Shown piece after piece: positions 27,705 through 37,850 of a stretch of 64,000 nt of DNA (positions within the stretch are counted from its first letter, which is position 1; each line of letters begins with the position of its first letter). Origin of the DNA: a virus; the IMG/VR virus record IMGVR_UViG_3300031521_000030, positions 33,129 to 97,128 of that record. One strand, given 5' to 3'. The notes beneath the pieces were generated by a model, which saw nothing but the letters and a program-made list of their open reading frames with translations, ran no database searches and had not been told where the DNA came from. The translations under genes and the position numbers were made by a program.

Positions 27705-28155
27705 TTACGAGAATGTTTCCGCTGGGGAACTTCGTAACCCAATCGTGCTACTCAAGTCCGAGCGCACGCCCGACGATAGCACGGCATTCATCCAAACCCT
27801 CACGCCCTACCACCCCGCATGGGCCAAGATCGTGGAGGCCGAGGAGTCCCGAGATAAAGGGGAGAATGAGGACAACAAAACCGCATTCAACTTCATCATT
27901 CGCAACCCCCGGTTCGGGGTAGACTCCGGCTCCTTTGTGAGTTGGGGCGACCGGCTTTTCCGGGTTAGCAAGACCAAGCAGTTGGGCCGGGAGTTGGAGT
28001 TCCTCCGCATCAAGGCATTCGAGCATGGTAACACATCCGGCCCGGCCTTCGGGCTTGGGGCAATCCAACACCCGGACGGTTCCCTTATTGCCCAAACCGA
28101 GCCTACCAATGATGGCTCAACCACTTCACCTTTCTGGCCGCCGGAGGAGGACTAA
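27661..28155 (+). CDS. head-closure/adaptor protein (SPP1 gp16-like)
   Basis: AGELRNPIVL...WAKI...FIIR; start uncertain. Confidence 0.7.
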   Translation: MKFGRKVVGLTSRNSYENVSAGELRNPIVLLKSERTPDDSTAFIQTLTPYHPAWAKIVEAEESRDKGENEDNKTAFNFIIRNPRFGVDSGSFVSWGDRLFRVSKTKQLGRELEFLRIKAFEHGNTSGPAFGLGAIQHPDGSLIAQTEPTNDGSTTSPFWPPEED

Positions 28156-28158
28156 GCC

Positions 28159-28611
28159 ATGGCCGCCGGGGACATTGCAACGCTTGATGAATCCCGCTAC
28201 GTGCGGGCTGGATTCTTGCGGGCCTACCTCCTTTCCGAAATGCGGCGGGTAACCCGGTCTAATGCTGAGCATATCCGCAACCACATGAAGGCGAACATGC
28301 AAGCCCCCAAGCATGGCCACACTTACATCCGGGCGGGCGGGCGCAAGCATGTCGCTTCGGCACCGGGGGAAGCCCCCGCAATAGACACCGGGAACCTTTT
28401 CAACTCATTGAAGATTGAATATGGAAGCGGGGCCGGATACCCTACGGGGGCCTTTGCGCATATTGGGACTTCCACAACCGGCTACGCGGGGTTCCTCGAA
28501 GGGGGCACAAGCAAGATGGCAAAGAGGCCGTTCGCTGACCCTGCGCGGGCTGCATTCCAAGCTCGGTTCATCAATGACATCCGGCGGGCCATTAGCCACA
28601 CACTTTCCTAA
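28159..28611 (+). CDS. neck protein (HK97 gp10-like)
   Basis: ASAPGEAPAIDTGNL..S; YAGFLEGGTSKMAKRPF. Confidence 0.85.
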   Translation: MAAGDIATLDESRYVRAGFLRAYLLSEMRRVTRSNAEHIRNHMKANMQAPKHGHTYIRAGGRKHVASAPGEAPAIDTGNLFNSLKIEYGSGAGYPTGAFAHIGTSTTGYAGFLEGGTSKMAKRPFADPARAAFQARFINDIRRAISHTLS

Positions 28612-28613
28612 CC

Positions 28614-29435
28614 ATGATCTCCCTTTCCGAAATCGTTAAGCGCGTCCGGGTAACCTGCCCATCCTTTGCCCGCCGGGTTGGGGGGACGGCTGAGTTCTCC
28701 GAAGCATCAAAGGACGAGACTTCCGACCTTCCTTTGCCGCATGCTTTTGTGATTCCCATGTTTGGTGAGGACATGGGCCAACTTTCCCCCAACCCGGAGG
28801 TGGCATCCGAAAAGGTCAAAGAGTTCTACGCAGTTGTCGTTTGCATTGATAACCGGGTGAACCGGGCGGGGGCGGTCGGCCTATCCAAACTTGATCCCTT
28901 GGAGCAACTGGTTGCCATCCAAAAGGAACTCCGCAAAGCGTTCATCGGTTGGCGCATGGTCCCCCAATATGACCCCGTTCGGTATTCGCGGGATGCCCAC
29001 CTTGGCATGGACAACAAGAGGATGTGGCACCAATGGGAGTGGTCCATGCAAGCTATTGAGCAACCTGATGCCACCGATGCAAGTTATGCCGAAGTCTCCG
29101 ATTTCGTTAATGAGTTGTCCAGTGATAGCATGCCTTTGAGTGGACCAAGCAATGGGCTCAGAACCATCCATGTCAATGGCAGCGAAACCGGGGCAACCGG
29201 CGGGTCCAGCTACGATGATCTTTGGCCACAAACGGACCCACCAACTGAACCATCCGAGGAGGCGTTGGTTGCCGCCCGGTTGCGTGCCGACTTCTCTCTC
29301 CCCGTTTCCCTATTGGACCCAGCGCCCCCTAGCCCCGAAGAAATTGGGGGGGCCATCACCAAGGCACCGGACTATGTTTCACCCGATGAGGCGGGCCGCC
29401 TGATTGTTGATTCCAAGGAGGGGGCCACGGTATGA
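28614..29435 (+). CDS. tail terminator/completion protein
   Basis: Position; FARRVGG.AEF, LPHAFVIP, LRKAFIGW. Confidence 0.65.
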   Translation: MISLSEIVKRVRVTCPSFARRVGGTAEFSEASKDETSDLPLPHAFVIPMFGEDMGQLSPNPEVASEKVKEFYAVVVCIDNRVNRAGAVGLSKLDPLEQLVAIQKELRKAFIGWRMVPQYDPVRYSRDAHLGMDNKRMWHQWEWSMQAIEQPDATDASYAEVSDFVNELSSDSMPLSGPSNGLRTIHVNGSETGATGGSSYDDLWPQTDPPTEPSEEALVAARLRADFSLPVSLLDPAPPSPEEIGGAITKAPDYVSPDEAGRLIVDSKEGATV

Positions 29436-30391
29436 GTTCCGGGCGTGGCCAAGCAAACGTGGGGGGAACCCAGCACACCAAATGGGACACCGCCGAACTG
29501 GCCTCCCGGATAGAGAACCTTATCCGCGTGGGCCGCATCCATGAGGTTGACTACACGGCCAAAAAGGCTCGGGTAATCTTTGGCAAGGAAGGGGAGTCAA
29601 CCGCCTTTGTCACGGACTGGCTTTCGTGGGCATCCTTGCGGGCGGGCAACAACCGGAAGTGGTCCCCACCGGAAAAGGGCGAGCAATATGCTGTCTTTGC
29701 CCCAAGTGGCCATCTGGAGAATGGGTTTGTCGGGCTGGCTATTGGCAGCGGCAACTACCCGCTCCTTGCCGACTCCCCGGACTATGAGATGGAGGACTTC
29801 CGAAAGGATATGGACTCCGAACAAGATGGTTATTACGAATACAACCGGGCAACCGGGGTGCGTCGTTGGGTCCTCAAAGCCGGGGGTTGCTACCGTTGGG
29901 AGGTTGGAGCAGATGCAAATATCATCATGGATGGCACCCATATCCAACTCCGGGTGGGGGAAACCCAATTGGTGGTTACCAAAGATGGTATCAACCTCCA
30001 TGTCCAAGGCACGGCAACCGAGTTGAAACTCTCCAAAGATTCCATTGTGGCCCACGTTGCCAATGCCGGGGTGCTTCAAATCCTCAAGGACAAGGTGGTT
30101 GCTGCCGTCAATGGGGCTAGTTTGCTCCGCATAACCGCACAGCGGGTTGTAGCGGCGGTGGCGGGGGCAATCATGGACCTTGGCCAAAGCAAGGCAACGC
30201 TCTCCGGGGGGGCAAGCTCCTTGGAACTAGCAACCACCGCAACCCTTACCACCCCATCCTTCTCCGGCATGCAAGGCGGGGCAACCGTGGCCTCCGAGCA
30301 AGAACAAGCACCGGCAGCCGAAACCCCGCACGAAACCTTGGTCGCACCGGAGCCCCCAAAAGGCGGGGCACCCTATCGGCCATCCAAGTAG
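29432..30391 (+). CDS. baseplate spike (P2 gpV-like)
   Basis: ENLIRVGRI.EVD, TDWLSW...RAG..R.WSPPE.GEQ. Confidence 0.88.
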   Translation: MSSGRGQANVGGTQHTKWDTAELASRIENLIRVGRIHEVDYTAKKARVIFGKEGESTAFVTDWLSWASLRAGNNRKWSPPEKGEQYAVFAPSGHLENGFVGLAIGSGNYPLLADSPDYEMEDFRKDMDSEQDGYYEYNRATGVRRWVLKAGGCYRWEVGADANIIMDGTHIQLRVGETQLVVTKDGINLHVQGTATELKLSKDSIVAHVANAGVLQILKDKVVAAVNGASLLRITAQRVVAAVAGAIMDLGQSKATLSGGASSLELATTATLTTPSFSGMQGGATVASEQEQAPAAETPHETLVAPEPPKGGAPYRPSK

Positions 30392-30406
30392 TGCAACAAG
30401 TTGCAG
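30391..30406. repeat. 16-bp palindrome copy 12
   Basis: GTGCAACAAGTTGCAG, intergenic. Confidence 0.9.
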
Positions 30407-30410
30407 CATT

Positions 30411-30674
30411 ATGGGAGCCATTGTTGTAAATGCTGATGTGGCCGGGGGACCCATTATTGCCATAGGGCAGATGTGGATGACCCTTGGCGGGCGGAATGTT
30501 GCCGTCCTTGGCGACCCCGTTACCGGGCATGGTATGTATCAGCATGCAGCGCCAACCATGGTGCAGGGTTCACCATGGTTCGCCATCAATGGCAAGCCGG
30601 TTGTGCGGCAAGGGGATAGTGCAAGTTGTGGGGACACCGCAACCGCATCCCAAACAACGTGGACGATTCCTTGA
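30411..30674 (+). CDS. PAAR-like spike tip protein
   Basis: GDPVTGHG...H; INGKPVVRQGDSASCG. Confidence 0.85.
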   Translation: MGAIVVNADVAGGPIIAIGQMWMTLGGRNVAVLGDPVTGHGMYQHAAPTMVQGSPWFAINGKPVVRQGDSASCGDTATASQTTWTIP

Positions 30675-30708
30675 CCCCCTCCATCCCCTACGATATAAAC
30701 GAACTCGT

Positions 30709-31119
30709 ATGCCACTGATTGCCCCATTAGAAGGTAGCTCAATCCAACCCACATCCCTGATGAATAGGGTGACAGGGCAACGGATGACGGACTTTGAGCA
30801 TTTGCAGCAGAGCATCATTGATTTGCTCACCACCCCATTGGGCTCCCGTTGCGAGCAGCGCGACTATGGTTGTGGGCTTTTCCAGATGGTTGACCATAAC
30901 ATTGACAAGGCATTCGTCATGTGGGCCTACGTTACCATTGCGGAGGCCATAGGGAAGTGGGAGCCCCGGATCATCCTTACCAAAATCACACTGGATGCCA
31001 CGCAATGGCGGGACGGCATCCTCCTTCTTGACCTTTATGGGTTGTATCTGATCCAAGGCAACGCCATCCGAATTTCCAACCTTTACCTCGACTTCTACGG
31101 AAGCGCCCAGCCGCAATGA
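30709..31119 (+). CDS. baseplate gpW/gp25-like protein
   Basis: HLQQSIIDLLTTPLGSR...RDYGC; WEPRI. Confidence 0.88.
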   Translation: MPLIAPLEGSSIQPTSLMNRVTGQRMTDFEHLQQSIIDLLTTPLGSRCEQRDYGCGLFQMVDHNIDKAFVMWAYVTIAEAIGKWEPRIILTKITLDATQWRDGILLLDLYGLYLIQGNAIRISNLYLDFYGSAQPQ

Positions 31120-32258
31120 GCACGTTACTAACACCTCTGGACCTCTCGCTTCTGCCAACCCCGGACATCATTGAGATGCCTTTGTTTTCGGCTGTCTATG
31201 ACGACACGGTTGCCCAATTCCAAGCATTAGACCCAGCCTACACCATGCTCCTTGTCACCGATCCAGTGGTCAAGTTGATGCAGGGATTTGCCTACCGCGA
31301 AATGATCCTCCGGGAGCGGGGCAATGAACTCTTCCGGCAGGAACTCCTTGCCTATGCAACCGGCACGAACCTTGACCATGCTGCCTCGGCCAAAGGGTTG
31401 GTCCGGCGGGTGGGGGAAACCGATGAAGCCCTCCGCTACCGCATCCAACAACGCAACTGCGCGGCAAGCAATGCGGGTGGGGCAGACCATTACAGGTTTT
31501 GGGCCATGGCCGCAGATGCCCGAGTGATAGATGCCGCCGTCTATTCCCCGGACCTCCCCGGTGGGTTTGGGACCGGCGGGCAAGTTTGCATCGCCATCCT
31601 CTCAAGCGAAGAGAACCTTGTGCCATCCCCGGCGGTGTTGGATGCCGTCAAAACATTGGTCGGGCGGGCGGACGTTCGCATGCTCAACGATCAAGTCCAA
31701 GTCATCGCTGCCTCCCCCCTCTTCATTGATGCCACGTTTGCCATTAAGTTGGTTCCGGGCGCTCCCTATTCGGTTTACCTTGGCATGACTCAAACCCTCG
31801 CTTCGGCATTCGCCCCGGTGCAAGCCCTCGGGCGCGATGTAACCCGCTCATGGCTCATGGGCTCCCTTCATGTTGCCGGGGTGCATAGTGTTGAAGGCGG
31901 GCCGCTGGCCGACATCATTGTTGCCCCGGATTGTTACCCAATCCTTCGGAGCATCTCTTTCACGTTTGCCGGTTATAGCGACACGGAAGGGTTTGGCGTT
32001 GTGGAGACATTGGAGCAAAAGGCCCGGCGGGAAGCGATGGAGGTCTACCGCACCTACGCCATTGCCAACCATAGGACGCACCCCCAAATCACGTTGGACT
32101 TGTCGGCTACCGACCGGGCCGGGGTTATTACCCCCACCACGGTCACGTTTGCCAAATACCTCAACCTTGTCGGTATCACGGATGCCGCCGGGGACTACCT
32201 GCCCAGCGATGAGATTTGCTACCTCATTTGGGTTGAAATCTCCAAGAGCTACATCTAA
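31116..32258 (+). CDS. baseplate gpJ-like protein
   Basis: DLSLLPTPDIIE, AYREMILR, LAYATGTNLD, ETDEALR.R. Confidence 0.9.
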   Translation: MSTLLTPLDLSLLPTPDIIEMPLFSAVYDDTVAQFQALDPAYTMLLVTDPVVKLMQGFAYREMILRERGNELFRQELLAYATGTNLDHAASAKGLVRRVGETDEALRYRIQQRNCAASNAGGADHYRFWAMAADARVIDAAVYSPDLPGGFGTGGQVCIAILSSEENLVPSPAVLDAVKTLVGRADVRMLNDQVQVIAASPLFIDATFAIKLVPGAPYSVYLGMTQTLASAFAPVQALGRDVTRSWLMGSLHVAGVHSVEGGPLADIIVAPDCYPILRSISFTFAGYSDTEGFGVVETLEQKARREAMEVYRTYAIANHRTHPQITLDLSATDRAGVITPTTVTFAKYLNLVGITDAAGDYLPSDEICYLIWVEISKSYI

Positions 32259-32261
32259 GCC

Positions 32262-33185
32262 ATGGCACGCACCGGCACCGATTCACTCGTCAACATCCTG
32301 CCCCACAACTCCACAAAGTTGGAGCGGGATGTCTTGCGCGTTGCCCCATTCGACAACGTGTTGGAGCCCGCCTTTGTGGCCATAACCGGCGGGCGCGGGA
32401 ACCTTGTTGGGACGCCCCGACACGCCTTTGGCTCGGAGTTCGTAGCCCCCGCCAATGATTACACCCTCACAGACCTTTTGGGGAATGTGGCCCCTTGGCT
32501 TTGCATCGAATATGGTGTTGACCAGTTCGCGGAGTTCCTCCCGGACCCAATAGAGCGCCTTGCCAAAGGGTTGACCTTGCAGGGCCTCATAGGCACCCCG
32601 GCGGGGATGGCCTTGGCTATGGAGTTGCTCGGGTTGGCGGTTACTATTGTTGAGGAGGATGCCCCCACAATCCATTTCCCGGAGTATCAGATTCGGCTTG
32701 ATGCCATCCCGGTGGATACCTTAGCGGGCATCCAACGCATCCTTCGGCTTGCCCGCATTATGCAACCCGTCCGTAGCCGGTTGCGTCGTCTAATTTGTGG
32801 GTGGGACCAACCCCGCCTCCTACTAGACAACTCCCCTTTTGGTAGTCTTCTATCCGATTACTCCGGCCTCTACTTGGACAAGGTTATGCCCCCGGCCCCC
32901 GGCCAAAGGACTGACCTTCGCATATCATTCGCCCGGCACCGTGCAACTTGTTGCAGCGGCGTGGTGGTTCTGGCCGCCCATGAATACCACAAGGACAACT
33001 TGCACCAAACACGCATCTTGCCAAAGGGTTGGCCTTTGATGGATGGGGATTATTTGCGCAACTTCTACGACCCAGCCGATACGGCCAGTGGTGGATATAA
33101 GAGCCGGGTGGACTTCCTATTTGCCGAGGACAGCAACGGGGAGGTCATCGTGGACAACCTCGGGGTGCCAATAGCCACAACCTAA
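32262..33185 (+). CDS. baseplate gpI-like protein
   Basis: ILPHNSTKLE, PWL..EYG, GTPAG, PVRSRL. Confidence 0.75.
   Translation: MARTGTDSLVNILPHNSTKLERDVLRVAPFDNVLEPAFVAITGGRGNLVGTPRHAFGSEFVAPANDYTLTDLLGNVAPWLCIEYGVDQFAEFLPDPIERLAKGLTLQGLIGTPAGMALAMELLGLAVTIVEEDAPTIHFPEYQIRLDAIPVDTLAGIQRILRLARIMQPVRSRLRRLICGWDQPRLLLDNSPFGSLLSDYSGLYLDKVMPPAPGQRTDLRISFARHRATCCSGVVVLAAHEYHKDNLHQTRILPKGWPLMDGDYLRNFYDPADTASGGYKSRVDFLFAEDSNGEVIVDNLGVPIATT
32941..32956. repeat. 16-bp palindrome copy 13, in CDS
   Basis: GTGCAACTTGTTGCAG. Confidence 0.9.
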
Positions 33186-33241
33186 AGAAGCTGGACACCA
33201 ATCTACCAAAGTGATTTCATTCTCCCAACCACCCGCATCCC

Positions 33242-36070
33242 ATGCCCAAACCTATTGACGATTACCCATTGGCAGACCCCTTAACAGGGGTAGAAAATAT
33301 CATTCATAATCAGGGGGGAATCACCAAGAGGATGACCCCGGAGCAGTTGAAAAACTATGTGCTGACACCCTCCCCATCCGTGCTAACTAAGAGTGTGCCT
33401 AATCGCTTAGTGGCAGATCACACAGGATGGAAACTCGGGGATGTTATCCACCAACTCGGGGTAGCGGGGACTGTTGCCCGGACTATCCTTTACCCTCACG
33501 CACCAGCACCCGCCTCCGTATTGGTGGTTGTATTTACATGTAGTGCAATAGGGGATGGTAGTGATGGTGGTTATATGGGTGATCATTTCGACTGTTCGTG
33601 GAACACCCCGGATTATAACTACTCGGGTAATATTGGCTTTGATCTTTACGGACCACTTACAGCGGTGGAGGTAGCGGGGCAGCTTGCATCACAAATGCAG
33701 AGTAACTTTAATGCTACCGTCACAGACAACGGTAATGGGACAGTGACGTTTACTGGACCCGTTGAAGGTGACTTAGCTTTTAGTGCCTATTCCTACAATG
33801 GGTCAGTCAATTACAGCACTTCCGGGGGTGCCTCTGCCGACACTACTGCGGGGGTTACTGCTACTATTCACCCGTTAGGATCACAGAGCGTTGTAACTAC
33901 CATTATGTTCCCTGTTGGAAAGACGGCAGAGGAATGTTCAATTCTTTTTGCAACTGGGATCAACTTAGCTGCACCTTTCGTCAACGCTGTTGCAACTGGT
34001 TGCACCGTTTCGGTTACGTGGAAAACTAGCGGGGTAGTTGTGGGAACTGGGATTGACATTGTTTGCCTTGGACTCGACCCTCTCATCGTTGAATACATCG
34101 GGGATTTCGTGAATGGTTCGGAGACAGTATCGCCGGGATACTTTAGCATTCTGGATGTAAGCAAACTCGGCGCGGTCGGGGGTTATAGTTTGCTCACCGA
34201 ACCCGAGTATGTTGTGAAGTATACTGACTTCGTTGCCACGGCAGCAGGGTCGCCCTATCGTGTAGACACCTCCCCCGGCCCGGTAAGTGTAACGATTGAC
34301 CCACTACTTCGGGATGGGGAGTTTATTGACTTCGTGGACGCAATGGGAACGTGGGGTGCAAAACCTGTAACCTTCCTTCGCGGGGGCTTTACGTTGGAGG
34401 GGGCACCGGCTAACTACGTTGACTCTGTGCAGGGTGCAAGCATTCGACTTCTCAATGTTGGGGGTGCTGTGGGGATTCGCCTTATTGAGATTGGTGTTCC
34501 TCCTAACAACATTTTACCTCCCTCGGTGGTGGGGTCGAATGTAGGGGTTCCTTTGGTAGCTAACCCCGGCGTATGGACCGGCTCACCAACTTCCTACACC
34601 TACAAGTGGCAGTCACAAAATGGTGGGGTGTGGAGTGATATTGTGGGTGCAACAGCTTCGACGTATGTGGCAGACATCGCCCTATTACACAAATGCGTGC
34701 GGGTGATCATCGCAGCAAAGAATGCTAGTGGCTTGAGTGTTACTTCGACCAGTGGGCCAAGTGCTCATCTTACTGCTGTCCCTTTCCCTTCTGGGGCGAT
34801 TGCTTACTGGAAACTGGAAGAGGCCAGTGGAGTCCGTGTGGATGCTACTGGGCACGGATATAACCTTACAGATACCAATGGTCCTATGACATCGGCGGGC
34901 AAGATAGGGAGTGGTGCAACTTTTTCCAAGAGCAATACTAGCTCCCTAGGTATTATGGACGATGGGGATGTTTTTAACTTCCAATCTACGGTTAGTAAAA
35001 CTTTTGTCTTTTGGGTTAATTTTGCTCCTAATGCTGGGGATACTATCATAGGGAAGCATTGTTGGGACACTGGGGCTGATGAATGGTGGCTTGGCGATCC
35101 TGGCTACAACGGTCATTTGTGCATCTACCTATCCGGGGGCACGGTGGTTCAGTCATCATTTATAAGTGCCGATAATAACTGGCACTTTGTTGTCCTTAAA
35201 TGGGACCACACAACCGGCACAGCTTCTATTTCGGTGGATCGGGAGATTCCTGTTTTTGAGGGTGGTCTAAGTCCCGCAGAATACACCAACTCTCTATTCT
35301 CGTTGGGGGCATCTATTAACACCTCTTTTGACGGAACACTGGATGAGGTGGGCGTATGGAGTAGAGTCTTGACCGATGCTGAAATTAACATGCTCTACAA
35401 CAACGGGGCAGGGATGACTTACCCTACGGTGCAGGTAGCTGCCCACCCCGCTGATGATGCTGTTGCTTATTGGAAGCTCAATGAAACCACAGGTGTTCGT
35501 GCAGATACTATGGGTGGCTTGGGACTTACTGATCGTAATACTACCCCTAGTGTGGCTGGCATTCTAGGCAATGCAGCCTCCTTTAATTACAGTCAACGAT
35601 TAGACGGGGCTATTGCTGGTTCTGCATTATGGACGGGTGCCACGGTATCCGGGTGGTTGAAAACAACGGCGGGCCATGCTTCCAGCTATAACCAGTTCAT
35701 CGGAAATTGGGGTGCAGATTCACAGTTAAGTGGGCCTTCGTGGGTTTTTCAGATTAGTAATGCTGGAAAGTTTGCTGCCTCTTTTGGTGGGTCTACTATC
35801 GGGGATAACGTAGCTTTCCCGGTTGCAACTTGGACCTTCTTTTGTGTGCGTTGGAATGGCACTCAATTACTAGGGAGGATTGGAAACCGTGACCTTACTC
35901 CCTTGGGGACAACCTACCCTCCAGTTATGGAGATGTTCGCCCTTGGTGGTGGATACAACGGGGAGTATGGGCTTTATGGTGCTCTGGATGAGGTAGGAAT
36001 CTGGAACCGTTGCCTTACAGACGCAGAGGTAACAAAACTCTACAACGGTGGTGCGGGATTAGCTTTCTAA
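33242..36070 (+). CDS. tail fibre/receptor-binding protein with Ig-like and two LamG (ConA-like) domains
   Basis: Duplicated AYWKL.E..G.R.D and LDEVG.W.R.LTDAE...LYN.GAG; more AT-rich than its flanks. Confidence 0.8.
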   Translation: MPKPIDDYPLADPLTGVENIIHNQGGITKRMTPEQLKNYVLTPSPSVLTKSVPNRLVADHTGWKLGDVIHQLGVAGTVARTILYPHAPAPASVLVVVFTCSAIGDGSDGGYMGDHFDCSWNTPDYNYSGNIGFDLYGPLTAVEVAGQLASQMQSNFNATVTDNGNGTVTFTGPVEGDLAFSAYSYNGSVNYSTSGGASADTTAGVTATIHPLGSQSVVTTIMFPVGKTAEECSILFATGINLAAPFVNAVATGCTVSVTWKTSGVVVGTGIDIVCLGLDPLIVEYIGDFVNGSETVSPGYFSILDVSKLGAVGGYSLLTEPEYVVKYTDFVATAAGSPYRVDTSPGPVSVTIDPLLRDGEFIDFVDAMGTWGAKPVTFLRGGFTLEGAPANYVDSVQGASIRLLNVGGAVGIRLIEIGVPPNNILPPSVVGSNVGVPLVANPGVWTGSPTSYTYKWQSQNGGVWSDIVGATASTYVADIALLHKCVRVIIAAKNASGLSVTSTSGPSAHLTAVPFPSGAIAYWKLEEASGVRVDATGHGYNLTDTNGPMTSAGKIGSGATFSKSNTSSLGIMDDGDVFNFQSTVSKTFVFWVNFAPNAGDTIIGKHCWDTGADEWWLGDPGYNGHLCIYLSGGTVVQSSFISADNNWHFVVLKWDHTTGTASISVDREIPVFEGGLSPAEYTNSLFSLGASINTSFDGTLDEVGVWSRVLTDAEINMLYNNGAGMTYPTVQVAAHPADDAVAYWKLNETTGVRADTMGGLGLTDRNTTPSVAGILGNAASFNYSQRLDGAIAGSALWTGATVSGWLKTTAGHASSYNQFIGNWGADSQLSGPSWVFQISNAGKFAASFGGSTIGDNVAFPVATWTFFCVRWNGTQLLGRIGNRDLTPLGTTYPPVMEMFALGGGYNGEYGLYGALDEVGIWNRCLTDAEVTKLYNGGAGLAF

Positions 36071-36076
36071 GATATT

Positions 36077-36625
36077 ATGAACATTACACAAATAAATGCA
36101 GCCGTTGACGCGGCTTTCATTGCTACAAGTGCCCTCGAAACCCCGATCATGGTTGCTTCGGCACCCTTGGATACCAACTGCACAATCCGCACGGATGTCT
36201 ACGAGGGACCACAGGGTAAAGGGTTCGTTGTCACAGCAATCCTCGACCTGACCTTTTGCAAGGTTGTCCATAGCCGCCAAAGTGGGCCAGAGACTTTCCG
36301 TGAGCGGGCTTTCCCGACACTCGAAGTTTTAGCACCCCTTATGCAGACCGGCTTTGACAACGCGGTTAATGCCGGGTTTGCCGATTCCGACCTTAATGTT
36401 ACCGTGGGAATTACTGAGGGGGATAGGGTGCAATTCGATGCCCTCTATTCACACCTTCTCCGTAAAGGGGCACCGGATGGCTTTGTGCTTACCCTCGCCA
36501 CCATTGACAGGATTCCCTTCGAAGTTACGGTTGTGGAGTTCAAGGGGTTGCTCGTTCGGGCTGGTGACTACTATGCCGGGTTGTGGGTCACCAAGCTGCA
36601 ACAGGATGCACTCATTCGGCAGTAA
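36077..36625 (+). CDS. tail fibre-associated protein
   Basis: Position; YEGPQGKGFV. Confidence 0.55.
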   Translation: MNITQINAAVDAAFIATSALETPIMVASAPLDTNCTIRTDVYEGPQGKGFVVTAILDLTFCKVVHSRQSGPETFRERAFPTLEVLAPLMQTGFDNAVNAGFADSDLNVTVGITEGDRVQFDALYSHLLRKGAPDGFVLTLATIDRIPFEVTVVEFKGLLVRAGDYYAGLWVTKLQQDALIRQ

Positions 36626-36631
36626 CTAAGT

Positions 36632-37078
36632 ATGAAACCGGGGTTCTATGGTGACCTTGATGTTCGCTGGCTAACCGTTAGCGAACTCAAGAGCCGTGGG
36701 CTCGACCCAGAGAAAAGCTGCGCAGTTCTGCTTGCCTCCTTCTATTACCAAACGGAAGGGGGTTTGCTTATCACGGTGCCCGTTGGCTATATCACTGACT
36801 TCGCCAGCGTCCCCCGCATTTTTTGGAGCATCTTTCCTCCCTTCGACCCCTACTATGGTGCCCCCGCTGTTATCCATGACTTCGGCTACTCGACACAAGG
36901 CACCTTCCTTTGTGGCGCTTCGTTCAATAGGGCAGCCGTGGATCGCCTATTCCTTGATGCTATGGTTGTCCAAGACACCGAGCGTTGGCGGCGGGATGTT
37001 ATTTACCGAGCCGTTCGGCTATTCGGGGGATCAACTTGGAGCGCCAAGCATACCCGAGCCAAAGACTGGCTGACATAA
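36632..37078 (+). CDS. DUF1353 family protein
   Basis: VPVGYITDFASVPR, AVIHD, F..AM, YRAVRLFG. Confidence 0.85.
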   Translation: MKPGFYGDLDVRWLTVSELKSRGLDPEKSCAVLLASFYYQTEGGLLITVPVGYITDFASVPRIFWSIFPPFDPYYGAPAVIHDFGYSTQGTFLCGASFNRAAVDRLFLDAMVVQDTERWRRDVIYRAVRLFGGSTWSAKHTRAKDWLT

Positions 37079-37080
37079 AA

Positions 37081-37096
37081 CTGCAACTTGTTGCAG
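37081..37096. repeat. 16-bp palindrome copy 14
   Basis: CTGCAACTTGTTGCAG, intergenic. Confidence 0.9.
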
Positions 37097-37145
37097 CGGC
37101 TCTTTATCCTTTACGCAACCAACACCCTTACGATACCTTCCGACC

Positions 37146-37844
37146 ATGAGCAATGTTCTACTTTCCAATGCCGGGCGTGCCTTCATTGCGAGCACAGTCC
37201 AACAAGCCGACCTCTTCCTTGCATGGGGCTCCGGCCTAACCGCGTGGGATACCACCCAAACGGGCACCGGCACCTTCGGAGTGGATGAGCGCATCAGTGT
37301 GGGTCACCCCCATCTTGACCAATTTGTAGTCACTAGCGGGGCAACAACTTTTGTGCTGGATGTTGACTACTCAGTGGACCAACCCAATGGGGCTCTCATT
37401 CGCATTGTGACGGGGACCATTGCCCCTGCGGCCTCGGTTGCCTTCTCATACCGCATCCAACCCCCTCCCGTCCTGCCAACGGCCACCGGCCTGACCTCTG
37501 AGATTGGTCGCCACCCCATATTCAACAAACAGTTTGTCATCCCAAGTTCGGTAGGGGAGATTGTGGTTGGCGGGGTTGCCTATTCCCTATCCTTGACCCC
37601 TACCAATTTTTTAATGGTTGAGGTAGCCTTCCCAACGGATGCAGAATCCTCAGCGATCATCCGGGAAGCCGGTGTGTTCCTGGGGGGCACGGTTGCAAGC
37701 GGTGGGAGTATCCCCGCTGGGCAGCTTTACTTTCCCTTAGCGCAAGTCCTCACCCCCGGCATTCTTTTGCTCTCCGAAAACTTTGAAAATATCCAGCGCA
37801 CCCCGTTAAGCCGGGAAGTGTTCACCTACGTCCTTACCTTCTAA
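37146..37844 (+). CDS. baseplate/tail structural protein
   Basis: LAWGSG...W, L.SEIGR, IREAGVF; precedes DUF4815. Confidence 0.65.
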   Translation: MSNVLLSNAGRAFIASTVQQADLFLAWGSGLTAWDTTQTGTGTFGVDERISVGHPHLDQFVVTSGATTFVLDVDYSVDQPNGALIRIVTGTIAPAASVAFSYRIQPPPVLPTATGLTSEIGRHPIFNKQFVIPSSVGEIVVGGVAYSLSLTPTNFLMVEVAFPTDAESSAIIREAGVFLGGTVASGGSIPAGQLYFPLAQVLTPGILLLSENFENIQRTPLSREVFTYVLTF

Positions 37845-37850
37845 TTGACT

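Noticed and set aside
33242-36070. Diversity-generating retroelement acting on the duplicated LamG ends
   Set aside because: The repeats differ at all base types, both are coding, and no reverse transcriptase is present.
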